The notes beneath the pieces are model-generated. The model did no database searches, was not told where the DNA came from, and was given only the letters and a program-made list of their open reading frames with translations. The position numbers and the translations under genes are program-made. Below, one piece after another: positions 1-12,569 of a stretch of DNA of 64,000 nt. How positions within the stretch are numbered: position 1 is the first letter of the stretch; every line of letters starts with the position of its first letter. Source of the DNA: the human T2T-CHM13v2.0 reference genome, Homo sapiens; assembly GCF_009914755.1 (NCBI RefSeq), contig NC_060930.1; one strand, given 5' to 3'.

Positions 1-214
1 GCCCCCTGGAGAGCCCTTCTTTCCTGCCTTCTCTGCATGAGCTGTGGGGAGCCTGGCCTCCCTTACATACCTTCTGGAACCATCCTGAGTCTCACTCTCT
101 GGCACAGCCACGGAGTGAAGGAATTCTATCTGAAGACAAAAGCAAGGTGGAGGACAGACTGCATCCTGGAACCACAGAATTTATAAGTGAAAAAAAGCTA
201 TGTCTGGGACTGGG

Positions 215-300
215 CGGTGATTTGTCCTAGACCATGCAGCAAGTCTGCAGCAGAGCAGAAGCGAGAGTTGAGTTTCCTGAGTCCCTGGCCCAGTGCACCA
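215..300 (-). mobile_element. MIR SINE fragment
   Basis: gtgatttgtcctagaccatgcagcaagt...cctgagtccctggcccagtgc resembles the reverse-complemented MIR core. Confidence 0.55.
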
Positions 301-363
301 AACTTCTTTGCAAGTTTGTGTAGAAAAACTTCCCTGGAAAAAGACAGTTTTTCTGTTATCCTC

Positions 364-387
364 AAAAAAAAAAAAAAAAAAAAAAAA
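364..387 (+). repeat. poly(A)24 tract
   Basis: 24 consecutive A; no Alu/L1 body or TSD next to it. Confidence 0.95.
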
Positions 388-559
388 GTCCTACTGTGTC
401 CAAATCCAGGCTGTGGTGGGAGTGTGTGGGCAGAAACCTGCATATTTTGGTGAATACAGCCCATCTGCCTCCCTCTTCTGGACCCTAACCTCCAAAATGC
501 CTGTGATAGGGACAGAGGCCTCCACCTCATGGTGAGAGCGGCTCTATTCCAGTACCAGG

Positions 560-688
560 CTAGGAGTTTCTTCTCATAGAGGTCATAAGTTGTCATTCTT
601 CGTTGTTTTGGTATCCCTGCTGCTAGCAAAGCACCTAGTACCTAAAAGAGGCTAAATAAATATTTGTTGAATGAATGAATGAATGAAA
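560..688 (+). mobile_element. L2 LINE 3' end
   Basis: ends in aataaatatttgttgaatgaatgaatgaatgaa, the typical L2 tail. Confidence 0.8.
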
Positions 689-1388
689 TAGCAAAAGCTC
701 AGGGCCATATGTGATGAGCTCCAGGTGGCTGGCACAGTCACAAAACCTCACCTTCCCCTCCCAGCTTCCTGTCCTTAGGAGTCAAATCACCAAACACTTC
801 CGTATGAGGGGTTCTGAGCTAGCTGGTTCCAACCCCTGTCCTTCCCTCCCCTCTGTGGACCGCTTCTATGCTTCAAGAGAGAGCCCAGAGGTAACTTCCT
901 AAGTGGCTGTAGAAGCCTCCCCCCAGGATGCAGCCCCACTGCACATGGTCTCTGCTGGGCCACAGGGGCTGACTGAGGCACGGTGCCACATTCCAGTGCC
1001 ACAGAGATCAGGAGGAAATTGTCCCACTATTAGGACCCTTGATTTGTCTCTACAAGCAGCAAAGTTAACTAGAACAGTTAATTAATAAGAGAAATGTGCA
1101 GCATCTCAGTTATTTTTAATTCCTCACCTACATGAATGCATTTATTGGTTTATGTTAACACTAATTCATGCCCCAGTCCCGATGTCCTTACCTCAGGGTT
1201 GCCAGCTTCAGGCTGGAGGTGAAGGAACTTCTGCTGCTGATTTCCTAGCCCTTCAAATCATCTCTAAGTACCTTAGAGTCACATAAACAGGACATGTAAT
1301 GAGACAGCCCTACTTTGCTTTGATACTTTTAATTACCAGCCTGAGAAAGGCAGGGGAGAGGTGAGAGGCCCAGGTTAGATGCCTGGAA

Positions 1389-1493
1389 CCTGATAATGCA
1401 TGCATGTTACCTGGTGACACACAGATGTTGCCTAGTGATACACACCTGTTGCCCGGTGATGCACACATGTGGCCTGGTGATACACACAGGTGG
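1389..1493. repeat. 21-bp minisatellite, 5 units (consensus CCTGGTGATACACACATGTTG)
   Basis: units start at 1389, 1410, 1431, 1452 and 1473. Confidence 0.9.
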
Positions 1494-1769
1494 CCTGCTG
1501 CAGAAACAAAGTCAAAACCAGCCAACTCTTCCCTGGGAACCTTCCCTGCCTCATGAGCACTGATAGTTGGCATCAGCAGAGATAGGAGAGCACACAGAAG
1601 AGATGTGGCATATGCCAACTCAAGGCACACAGGAAAAGGTTACCTTTTTAGCATCAAGATTCCTTCTCCCCACAGCATGCTGTGGATTCCTTAATGGAAC
1701 TTCCTTGGTGGCGAGACGCCAAGCCCCTGCTTTCTTCTTCCTCATGCAGTCATTCAACATTTGTGGAAT

Positions 1770-1950
1770 TAGTCATTCAACAAATACTTTTTGAGCACCT
1801 ACTATATGCGAGGCAGTGTTCTAGTTATTGAAGATACATCAGTGAACAAAAGAAGCATCAATCCTGGCCCTCATGGAGCATCCATTCCAGCAGAGAAAGA
1901 TAGACATAAACAATAAGCATAATAAATAAGTGCACTGCAGAGTTTGTTAA
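1770..1950 (-). mobile_element. L2 LINE 3' end
   Basis: tcattcaacaaatactttttgagcacctactatatgcgaggcagtgttctag...ccctcatggagc. Confidence 0.85.
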
Positions 1951-2278
1951 TGTTGGGGGGCAATTATCCATGGCCTTTTGAAATTCTGCACATCTCATTC
2001 TGATTTATCCTTTGCAGGATGTTTGTTTGCTACAAAAACATCCTTGAAAGCTAGAGACAGTATTTCCCTTTGCAGCAGAAGGTGGATGTACTTACTATCC
2101 AGTTTATAAACCATTGTCTCTTCTGAAGCAAAGGGGAGGCATGCTTATTTTCAGTCACGCAAGATTCAGATTCCCCAAGCTTGGGTTTCTTTCCTATAAC
2201 CTAACCCACTGAAGATGGCACCCGATCCTTTTCACATCATCCTGTGGGGATTGAGGCTCGTTTGGGGAATTGGTATGA
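1951..2278 (+). mobile_element. 5' part of an ERVL-class LTR (LTR40-like), truncated
   Basis: starts TGTTGGGGGGCAATTATCCATGG; contains ccttgaaagctagagacagtatttccc and gattccccaagcttggg...aacccactg, matching the recalled LTR40-type consensus; the 3' half is missing. Confidence 0.6.
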
Positions 2279-2289
2279 GGACTATATTA

Positions 2290-2481
2290 GATAAGGTAGG
2301 ATTAAATTTGTCCCTGACTTTAGGAAAGTCTCTGATAAATAACACTGCCTCTGCCCTCAGAGTCATTCAAGTCAGCTTCAACTCATTGCCCAGGGTCATT
2401 TTAGATGATATGATTGCCCTAGACTTCATCCTGGCAGGTGAAGGTAGAGTCTGTGCAATGGTTAATACTTCCTGTTGCACC
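2290..2481 (+). pseudogene. Endogenous retroviral env remnant, gamma-type TM ectodomain (heptad repeat, ISD, CX6CC)
   Basis: ORF 2215..2547 encodes NLSLTLGKSLINNTASALRVIQVSFNSLPRVILDDMIALDFILAGEGRVCAMVNTSCCT; ISD-like LDDMIALDFILAGEG starts at 2401 and C-X6-CC lies at 2452-2478. Confidence 0.85.
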
Positions 2482-4099
2482 AGGTGGGTCCCTGAAAGGA
2501 AGAGGCGGCATTTTGGCAGAACTTATATAGACAGGGCTAATATCTGAGTGTCCCTGAAGGTTTTCCTGACTGGGCTGCCTGAGGTGGCCACTGATGACGC
2601 TCATCTCCCATCACAATGTCTCCACGTCTTCCAGCGTCGTGCTGAAAATTTTTCTCACTTCCCTTGGGATGCTGCTTTCATCCCCCTAATTAGGTTGTAA
2701 GCCCAGGGCAGGTACCAGGTCTCTGAGGGTCTCCAGTCTGTCATACAACTGGCAGAGTGCTCTGCTCATCACAAATCATCAATAAATTCTCCGTGACAAC
2801 AACAACAAGACTCCTACTCAATGCCGAGCATGGTGCCTGACCTTAAGTCACATAACCTGTGGATGGGTTGGCGAGGAAGAGGGAGTCTTGCTGGGGCTGG
2901 GCTGTTGGGGCCACAGTGTCCTTCTCTCTCCCCTCCAAGCTTTTCCTCCCTCCAGTTCAGCCTGCCCTGGCCACCTCACTCCCCAGGGGCAAGTCATACC
3001 CATTTCCCCCACCCTTTTTGGTGAATGGAGGAGCCACTTCCCCACCCAGAACTCAGCCCTCCTCCCTTACACCCAAGCATCCCAGGAGAAAAGGAGGTGG
3101 GGAAGCTGGTTAAGTACTTTCCACGTCTGCATCCTGCTCCCCCAGCCTCCGCAACTATTATTGGTAAGTGAACGAATTTTCTCTCCTGACATCTGTAGCT
3201 CTTAGCAGTGAATATATTTGAAAAACCCTTTATGATTGCTTGAAATTGTCCCTGCAATTTGATTCCTGATATTTCTCTTTACTCAGTGAATGATTCTTTT
3301 AACTCATTGTATCTTATACTGCAGGCCTGCCCATCTCCCCCACTGACACACACCACAGTGATATTTATCCCCCTTCTCCCACAACCTGCAGAGAAGTGTC
3401 CCTAGCAAGCCCAAGTGGAGGGCCTTCCTGCCCCAACTCCACCGTCCCCATCTGTCTCCTCCACTGTTTCCCCAGCCTGCAGACACCCCATTCTCTAAGC
3501 CTCACACCCCACCAGGGGCTTTGGGAACAGGACCATTTCTCAGGGGAGAGGGGTCTTTTCCTCATCCACCTACTGCGAGCCTCACATACCACCACCTGCT
3601 TGTTCTCATGATTATTTCCAATTCCTTCCAGAACACTTAGCTTTCCAGCCTCAGCATGTAAAACAACTTTTCCCCCAGGGAAAAAATAAGGTTCGAGGAT
3701 TAGAAATAATACCAGCGACCATAACAATAGAAATTAAAATGGGTCTCAGAATACTCAGTGGCTGATGGTGGGTGGGGGTGCTGAGTGTCACAGACAGCCT
3801 CACTGGACCATAAAGCTGTGGCTGCAATGGACCTTCCTGCAGTGGGAGGGAGGGCAGAGGAGGGAGAGGAGCAGGTGGGAAAGGTTCTAAAGGCACAAAA
3901 ATGTGGTTGGATCTCAGGTGAATCCTGCAGATGTCTCATGACTCCAATGCAGAACGTGTCCAACCACAGTGTTGAGAGAGCAAATATACCCCCAGTGGGG
4001 CCTTTCCTGCTCTCTTCTCACCACCAGGCATCCAGGATCCCCCTGGATTAGACCCAGATAATATGCCTTTTCAGTGGCAGCTGTCACTATGCCTCCCAT

Positions 4100-4225
4100 T
4101 TATTTATTTATTTATGTTGCAAATATGTTCAGGAACTATGCCTGGGGCTAGGAGGACAAAGAGGAATACGCTGGGTCCCTGCACAGTCTAGCATGGGAGA
4201 TGGAGACAGAAACAGCCTTGCCAGA
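4100..4225 (-). mobile_element. L2 fragment
   Basis: (ttta)n followed by ctatgcctggggctaggaggacaaag...gtccctgcacagtctagcatgggagatggagacag. Confidence 0.55.
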
Positions 4226-4251
4226 ACACAGCCTCAGCTGCTAGAGATGGA

Positions 4252-4485
4252 GTAGCCTGGAGGTCAAGAGCCCAGATTCTGGAGTCAGGCTGTCTGGGTT
4301 TGAATCTCAGTCTTACTACTTATTAATCGTGGGACTTCAGGCTAGTCTTTTCTGTGCCTCAACTTCCCCTTCTATAAAATGGAGATATTAAGAGTATCTA
4401 CCTCATACGGCTGATGTGAGTTAATATATGAAAAGCTTTTAGGACAAATCCTGGCAGATGGTAAGTGCTGTATGTGTCAACTATC
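4252..4485 (+). mobile_element. MIR SINE, near full length
   Basis: ctggagtcaggctgtctgggtttgaatctcag...tctgtgcctcaacttcccc ttctataaaatggag...acctcatacggctg. Confidence 0.9.
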
Positions 4486-5489
4486 CCTATTAAAAGGAGG
4501 GATTTATTCAGTTTCCCAGTACCTTTCCTTGATAGAGGTTGTATTTTATTGATCATTATTTGTCCTTAAAGCTTTTGGTTCTCAGGACAAAGGGAGACCA
4601 AATAATCTCCCTCCATTTCACAAAAGGAAGAGCTGAGACTGGCTCTAGAGAGGTTGGAAAAACGATCTGCGGAGGAAAGAATTATCCTCAAAGATAAATT
4701 GAATCAGAGAAGCAGGGAGTGCCTTCTGCTGAACACACAGGGCGATCGGTGCCCCTTGATCTTGAGCAACTCAAATTCAGGGAGCAAGCCTCTGTTTATA
4801 CCTATGGCTCAGGAAGGGGTGTGGGATCAGGTTTCCTCCAGAGGGGCTCCTGGGGTAAGTTGACAAGAGGCCAAGCCAGGCTAAGAATAGACCCTCTTCC
4901 AGGCAGCCGCTCTGCCCCTAAAGGTCCATTTGCTCTCACTGCCTGGTAGGTATCTCCAGGTGCTTTGTTCACTGGACTGATGTGAGGGTCCATGCTGCAC
5001 CTGGGGCCTCCCCACCTGGGCTGGAAGGTTCAGAGGCTGGGCCATACTCTCCAACCAAACTGGAAGGTCCCACGGCTAGAGCAGGATCTCCAGGTGTCTG
5101 TGGGTCTCTTTGCCCTCAAAATTGGCTCTGCCAAGAGGGCTCCTGTCAGACTGGGAGGGGGTGTGGGAAGTGATTCAGATGCTGTGAATCATGGGAACCT
5201 GCCCTGAGACTAGGAGTGTTCTGTCTTCCCTGATGGGACGCAAACACACATTGCGTTCTCACAATGAAACCAGGCAGCCCTGCCCTCCAGACCCCACCTC
5301 CACATCCACAGGACCCCCCCAGGCTCATCCACAAGAGAATGTGGGCACAGCTGAGGTGATGTACTTCTCAGAAAGGTCCACAGAAAGGAGCCAGAGGGTA
5401 CCCCATCTCTATCCATCATGCAGGGAGGGATCTTTATGAAATGCAGTGAAAGCTCCAGTTATTGATTGTTTGGTATGGCTCCTAAAGCA

Positions 5490-5685
5490 GTTTGCATCTA
5501 TGAAGCAGAAGCTTTTGCTTCTGTCCTACATGCTAGTCAGGATGGATCTTACTTTCGCCATTTCACAGGTAAGGAAACTGAGACTTCGACAGGTGGAGAG
5601 GCTTACCAAGTGCACACAGCCAGTAAGGGTAGCACAGACTCTCCGGCCATGGTCTCTCAACTCCAAATCCAGTGCTCTTCCACAG
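5490..5685 (-). mobile_element. MIR SINE
   Basis: ccatttcacaggtaaggaaactgagact...ctccaaatccagtgctctt. Confidence 0.8.
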
Positions 5686-6249
5686 CCTTCACTGTGTTGT
5701 GTGTGCGATCCCTGCTTGCATTTGGGTTTTTATCTGGGGAAGAAGAGCTCTCAGCTCACAAGTGAAGAGCCGAGGGAGGCAGGCCCAATAGGAGGGGGCA
5801 TAGGGGCATCCATATCTCTAGAAGTCAGAGGCATTCAGGTGTCCATTTCCTGGTCTGGTATGACCCCAGTCGAGCTGCCTGGGGGGCAGAGGTGCAGGGT
5901 GAGTGCACATGAGCTTTCTGGCAGACGGTGGTGAGTGAGCAGCTGCAGGAGGACACATGGCCCAGAGCAGTGGGGCTGCCGGAACCATTACTACAGTGAT
6001 TAATTAGGCTCCTTCCACATGGAGCTGCTGGGTTCCCAGGGCTACCTGTCAAAACTGCAGGGCTCAGCAAACTGCAGGGTACCAAACTGGAACCACCATC
6101 CAGATCTGCTAGCCTGGGGAAGAAGAGTGGTCCCTGACATGCTGTAGTTCTGCTCCCAGGCCAGGCTCAGGCCCACCCCTGCCTGGGTGTGGGACTGATG
6201 GGAGTGGGTCATTTATTGCTTACGCCGGAGAGTTTAAGGACCTCACCAA

Positions 6250-6410
6250 CTACTATTTATCGAAGACCTGCTATGTGCATCCACTAACTTTCATCAGTTA
6301 CCATGTGTGATGGTAAGAAACTGAGATGAAGAAACTGAGGCTCAGAGGAGTGAAGAAGTTGCCTGAGGCCAGCAGTGTAAATGAGAGGATAGAGTAGGGA
6401 TCTGTCCTTC
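6250..6410 (-). mobile_element. MIR SINE
   Basis: gatgaagaaactgaggctcagaggagtgaagaagttgcctgagg. Confidence 0.7.
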
Positions 6411-7136
6411 TAACAGTACTAAGACTCCCACAGCAGCTTTATCAAGCATCGGATAGGGGAGAAGTACCCACAGCCTTCAACCTAGGGAGCCCTAAGACCA
6501 AGACCTCTTGCCCTTAGAATTCCTCTCTCTCCATTAGGTAAATCATTCAAGGGTCACCACAGACTCAATAATCTCACTCATCCTTATATTCCGCCATCCA
6601 AGGTGCATGTGCTTTTCCCGTCTGGGGCCAGAGGCAGGTGGGATAAGTGAAAGGGTTGTATTGGCACCTTCACCCAAGGACAGGAACATGGAAAGCCCCA
6701 CCTGCAAGTGTCCACATTCATCTTCTCCAGACGCAAGCTTGAAATATCTGAGTAACAGATAATCATCTTGGCTTTCATATCCCTGTGCTCTACTTTAACA
6801 AACTGAGGTGCTCAGTGGTTTTAGGACCATGAATTAAAGTCAAGTTAAAAATAAAGGCTAAGAGTGTTCATGGTGGTAGATCACTCGTCCTTCTTCATGG
6901 TATCTGGGCTCATGCCAGCATCTACCAGTCAACCATGAGCATGAGTGTTGGGCGCCACTTGCAAGGGGCCAGCAAATGTGTATGAAATGCAAATATGTAT
7001 GAGGTTGTCCCACCAAGCCCTCACATCTGTGGTGAAGTAGCTTCTACAACCCCAAAGATGAGCTGCAGGGATGTGATGTGGACCCCAAGCTTCTGAGGAC
7101 AGAAAAAGGTGAAGAGAAATCAAACAGGAAGAAGGT

Positions 7137-7650
7137 TGTATTAGTGTTCTCAGGCAGCCATAACAAAATGCTATCAGGAGATAGCTTTCTGTTTAAAAAA
7201 CAGAAATTTATTTTCTTACAGTTCTGGAGGCTGAAAGTTCAAGACCAAGGTGCCAGCAGGGCTGGTTCCCTCTGAGGCCTCTCTCCTTGGCTTACGGATG
7301 CCACTCTCTCACTGCCTCTTCACAGTGAGGGTTGTCTCACTGTGAACGTGGGCTCCTGGTATCTCTCTGTGTCCTCTTAAGCTCCTCTTCTTATAAGGAA
7401 ATCAAATTGGATTAGGCCCCACACTAACAGCCTCAGTTTAACTTAATCACCTCTCTAAGGACCCTATTTGCTAGTCTAGTGACATTCTGAGGTACTGGAG
7501 GTTAGGGCTTCAGCATATGAATTTGGGGGGGATGTAATCCAGCTCAGTGTTCCACCCTCTGGAACCCCCAAATTCATGTCACATGCAAAATACATTTACC
7601 CCCATCCCAACAGTCCAAAAGTCTTAACTTATTCCAGTACCATCTCTAAG
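7137..7650 (-). mobile_element. MaLR MLT1B-like LTR plus about 100 bp of adjacent MLT1 internal sequence
   Basis: tgtattagt...cagccataacaaaa...cttacagttctggaggctg...ctgaggtactggaggttagggcttcagcatatgaattt, then ttccaccctctgg...cacatgcaaaatacatt (internal 3' end with PPT). Confidence 0.85.
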
Positions 7651-7963
7651 CTGCAGCCTTGTGACCAGGGCTCCAAATGGCTGAGGATGGGTAAAGATGG
7701 AGAAGCAGTCAAAAGGGGGCTGAGGGGTCTCACAAGGCTGAAGCTCCATAAAGTAGAGTCTAACCCTTGGGTGGGACTGGCAAGGATGTCCCCAAAGTAA
7801 ATGGCCTGACCCCAAGATCTCACTGGGCTAGTACTACCCTCATCGAGGAGGACCAAGTTAGTGAGGACAGGGTAGGATGAGAAGCTATGAGGATGAGGAC
7901 AGACAGGTTGTGCAAGGCTTTGGGTATAAAAGAACTGTCTGCTCTGCCTCCCTATGGGAGCAG

Positions 7964-7965
<2 letters not shown>

Positions 7966-7996
<31 letters not shown>
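7966..7996. repeat. (TG)n microsatellite
   Basis: about 15 uninterrupted GT units. Confidence 0.95.
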
Positions 7997-7999
<3 letters not shown>

Positions 8000-8417
8000 A
8001 AATGTTATAATCAGTTTGCATTCCCTGTGTGTGCAGCTCAAAGACCCAGGGGCCAGGGCAATAGATCTATTGATTAACATTTTCATTCAGTTCAAGATAA
8101 GGAATGTGGGTCACTTTTGAGAAACATCTTGCTTGGAGGCAGGTGCCTTTACCTCGAATGTTACTGGACAGCTCTGTGCTGTGATCTCTGGAAGAAGGTA
8201 TAGACCCAACTAGGGGGGCTGGGAGGGACCTGACCCTATAGATCTTTCCAGAATAGAGGGAGACACCCTAGGACTCTGAGCCCATAGACATATGGCTTCC
8301 AGGGTGGGGGATGTTTTTAATTTATCTCTGGAAAGCATTTAGAGTCCAGCTCTGCCAACCCTAGCCTTGAGTAAATGGTGACCATGAAGGCCCTCAGAGT
8401 GGCAAGCCCCTCAATCT

Positions 8418-8580
8418 GTGGTTTTCAAACATAAGCACCACCAGAGGAGCTTGTTATAATAATAGACATCAAGGCTTTTGTCTTGAGATCTCCAAGAGTG
8501 AGGTCCAGGATTCTGCATTTCGACAAGCAGTTCAGGGAGATTTAATGCCCCACTGCCGACTGGCACTTGAGAAAAAGCCT
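8418..8580. mobile_element. MER5-type hAT-Charlie DNA transposon relic
   Basis: gtggttttcaaac...caccagaggagcttgttataa...ccaggattctgcatttcgacaagc...cacttgagaaa. Confidence 0.6.
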
Positions 8581-8821
8581 GGGTCCTCCACAGGCTTGTT
8601 CCCTTAGCAGGGTGACCAGCTAGAGAAGCTGGGCCCTAAAACAGGTTCTGAGACTGCCTAGCTGCACCATACTCTGGTCACCCCTTATGTCTTCCCAGGA
8701 GAGAGAGACCCCTCTGGGGTAACATTAACCATTCCTGATACACCAGAGGTAACGCCTTCCTACACCTCTGTCAATGCCTTACATCCAAAGCCCCCCAGGA
8801 ACCTACAGTTAGATAAGTTGG

Positions 8822-9314
8822 GTGTATTACTTGATGCATTCAGAACATGAAAAATGGGGACTCATGAGACATCTCAGTAAGAGGCTAGAGCTAGGAAGAA
8901 GCTATTATAGGATCTGGCTTTGGTTAGCTGACTTGGGGAGAGTCCAAGAAAGCAGACGTCTGCCCTGGATTGAGTGCTGTCAGAAAGCAGGGCCAAGTCT
9001 GTGATTGGGTATCTCAATAAGTTTGATCTGTGGGGAGGACAGACTAGAGTGAGGCTAACACTGCAATCGGTAGAGAGGCGGCAGTCACTCACATTAGCTG
9101 GAGGAGGGGCCGGTTGGTATTTTAAGGTTTAGACAATGTTCATGTTTTGCCTGTGTTCAGACATGATTACGGAATAGATTTGTTTCCGCCTTGATCCATT
9201 CTTGTCACAGGTGGCTTTGTCTGATGTTGATGTTTTGCTATGAAATTGTTTATGTTCAACAGGAGAATGCCATGGCCAGCTCGTGGATGTCAGGGGCTGC
9301 TTTTCTCTTCCTCA
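8822..9314 (-). mobile_element. ERV1 LTR (MER90-like)
   Basis: reverse complement begins TGAGGAAGAGAAAAGCAGCCCCTGACATCC...CCTGTTGAACATAAACAATTTC...ATCAGACAAAGCCAC. Confidence 0.7.
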
Positions 9315-9534
9315 CCACCCTATTGTTTCCCTGCCCAGGGAAATTGGGCTGTTAGTGCACTGTTCAAAGGAGGGACAACAGCCAATAAAACTTACCTTTT
9401 ATCTCCTGCCTCCCAGCCACTCTGATTCCCTGTGTAGCTCCAGGTGTTCCTCCACCAATACCAAGCATGAGGTCTGCTCCCTTCTCAGTGATGTATTCCC
9501 CACCCACCTCTGTATTCACTGCTCTTCCCACTCA

Positions 9535-9882
<348 letters not shown>

Positions 9883-10019
9883 TCAGTCCTGATTTCACAT
9901 TGCTTCTCTGCTGCTGTACTCCCTATGTCAGTATGACTGTCTCCAGTGACAGCCCCTATGTTGCTCTCATCCTGTAGTCCTTGGCCCAGTCAGAGCCTTC
10001 CAGAAGGGTAAGGGGGGCA

Positions 10020-10270
10020 TTAGATGATGAGTAAGATGTTGAGGTTGATGGTATTTTTAGCGTTGATTTCAGTGACAGTGGCCATAGCGGTAGTGATCAC
10101 TTTAATAGTGGCAGTGATAGTGATGGGGGGAGTGCGTTAAGGATGATGGTAACAATGGTGATGGTGATGCCACTGCTGGTGGTTGTGGTGGCAGTGGGAG
10201 TGATGGTGGGGATGGTGGTAATAGAATTTGTGGCTATCACAGTGATGGGGATGACAATAGTGGCGATTAT
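10020..10270. repeat. degenerate (TGA/TGG)n low-complexity tract
   Basis: gatgatggtaacaatggtgatggtgatgccactgctggtggttgtggtggc... Confidence 0.8.
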
Positions 10271-11196
10271 CAAAAATTTCATTTATAGATTGAAATTCTT
10301 AAGATCCTTTCACAGTGTTCATGGAATAATCTCAGAGTTTATTAGGTTATTCTACTTCTTTCTTCAGGCAAGGAAATTCTAAATCAACTTTCTCACGTTG
10401 CTCACAGGCAGACAGTAATGCAAAATTAAGCTGGTATGACAGATCTCCTGTGGAGCCTACTTCCACATCTGCAGCTCCACACTTGCCCCATTTCCAGGCC
10501 CATGAAAGGAGATGCAGGTGGCCACTGAATTTCTGGCAGTGCCTTCAGGCACTCACTGATGGGTGCTGATAACTGTGAGGCACCTGGGGAGACTCAAGAG
10601 GCCTGTCTCTGACAAGGCCTGTCATATGCAGCTATGGACAAGGATGGACACAAGATAAAGGACCTGGAGCCCCGCGGCTGAAGCTGACTCATTGGGTAGG
10701 GGCACACTGTGCTGATAGGCTAGACCAGAGAACTCAGAAGCCAAGATGCAAGAAGTTTTGAGGAGCTGAATGCAAATGAGCAGCCAGGAGTGAAGGTAGG
10801 GCTGACAACCTGGGATGCACAAGACTGAGGCTTCCAGGGAAGTCTGTCATTAACACAACGCCTGAGGAAAAGGACCCTGAAACCAGGTCAAAGCTGCCCC
10901 TGCCAATGGACTGTTGATACTTGCCCTACTATAGGAGCACCCTGTGACTGGCTTCTTGGGGCAGGAAAAGCCTGGGCCTGAAGCAAAGGCTGTTACCCCC
11001 CGCCCTGGGAAGACTGAATCATACCCCCCACTGTCTCCATGACTTTGTCCCTCCTTGAGACACTCAGGACTCAGAGCCACAGAGTTCAGGAGCTTGAGGT
11101 TTGCAGAGATCCCCAGGGAACTCTTGAATTCTATGGTGCCTTTTGAGATATTTACCATCCAGGAAATCAGTCACATAAATTCCCCAAATTGAGACT

Positions 11197-12060
11197 GTGT
11201 TCTGACCCAGTCATGAAAACATAAACCACTCTAGATATTTCCAACAATAATAATTTAATATAGGAAATTGGTTACCCAAGTGGTGGAAGAGCTGAGAAGC
11301 CAAAAAAGGGACAGCAAAGCAACCAGCTGTTAGCAAGAACAGAAAGTCAATGTGACCCTTAGGGCTGGCTGGAGGGACAATAGGAGGTACTGTTTCCAGA
11401 AGCCAGATGCCAAGTCTGTTTGGCAGAAGCTGGAACTGTGTTGGGTACTCAGCCACCTTGAAAACACTCATTAAAGCAGGAAGACAATGGGAGAAATACT
11501 CTAGCTTCTCACCTTTTCTTCCCTGCAATCTCCCATTATTTCTCTCATTATCTGACCCTGGCAAGAAGTCAGTTGGCAAGGAAGGCTGGGAAATGTAGTG
11601 TGCAGAAGGGCAGGTACTATGGTTTGAATGTTTTTGTTCTCTACAAAATTCCAGTTGAAACTTAATCTCCAGTGCAACATTATTGGGAGGTGTGGCCTTT
11701 GGGAGGGGTTGAGTCAGGAGGGCTTCACCCTTGTGAATGGCATTAGGTGCCCTTATAAAAGGACTTGACAAAGGGAGTTTATCTCTCTTGCCCTTCCACC
11801 TTCTGCCACGTGAGGATAGTGTTCCTCCTCTCTGGAGGATACGGTGTTAAAGGAGCCATCTTGGAAACAGAAACCAAACTCTTACTAGACAATCAACCTA
11901 CCGGTTCTTTGATCTTGGACTTCCCAACCTCCAGAACTGTGAGAAATAAATTTCTATTGGTCATAAATTACCCACTCTGTGGTATTCTGTTAGAGCAACA
12001 CTCAGGGACTAAGACAGCAGGGAATAGATTCTTAAAGCAAAGAGGCATTGACTACCATGT
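11197..12060 (-). mobile_element. LTR33-like ERVL LTR, split by an MST insertion
   Basis: cccagtcatgaaaacataaaccactctagatatttcc...aatttaatataggaaattggttacc; resumes after 12021. Confidence 0.65.
11615..12016 (+). mobile_element. MaLR MST solo LTR (MSTC/MSTD-like)
   Basis: tactatggtttgaatg...gccatcttggaaacag...ggactaagaca; perfect 5-bp TSD gcagg at 11610-11614 and 12017-12021. Confidence 0.9.
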
Positions 12061-12569
12061 GTTCCAGCCTTGGGAAGTTGAACTATGTTGGGATCTCAGA
12101 GGGTCAGTGACTAACACTCCTTTTTCCACACCTAGTTCAGATCTTTCTAAGAAATGGATTGAGCAGTCAGGCAGACAGAGACCAAAATATTACCTTTAGC
12201 CTATTGAAACAGTGGAGAATCTGGCATTAGGGTCTCTCAGCCAGGTGGGCTTGCTAACACCTTATTCCTGAATTTGACAGGTTCATTAAGTCTCAGGCAG
12301 GGCTAGAAGTCAGCAGTCCCAGCCCTGTGGTGGGGAGGAGCAGAAAATACGTGCCTTCTGTCAGCAGAGAGATCTCCAGAGTGGAGTACACTCAGATCCT
12401 CTCCCAAATTTCCACTCAGACAAGTCACCTTCTCCCTAGGATGGCCATGAGGGAAGCAATGAAGAAGGAGAAGATTGTTGCTCTGATGGAGGCCCCTCCA
12501 CTTCGATCCAGTGACAGGGTAATATGAAACCCTAGAGTCTCTTGCTGGGAGTGCAAAATCACCTCTACA

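Noticed and set aside
364-387. Poly(A) as the tail of a processed pseudogene
   Set aside because: No upstream polyadenylation signal, TSD or coding homology
2215-2547. Possible syncytin-like functional gene
   Set aside because: No signal peptide, SU, furin site, fusion peptide or TM anchor; similarity stops right after CX6CC
10097-10382. Hydrophobic Val/Met- or Thr/Ile-rich ORFs suggesting membrane or mucin-like peptides
   Set aside because: Product of a degenerate (TGG/TGA)n triplet tract
11211-12199. ORFs of 186 and 144 aa
   Set aside because: Essentially confined to LTR33/MST LTR sequence; chance open frames
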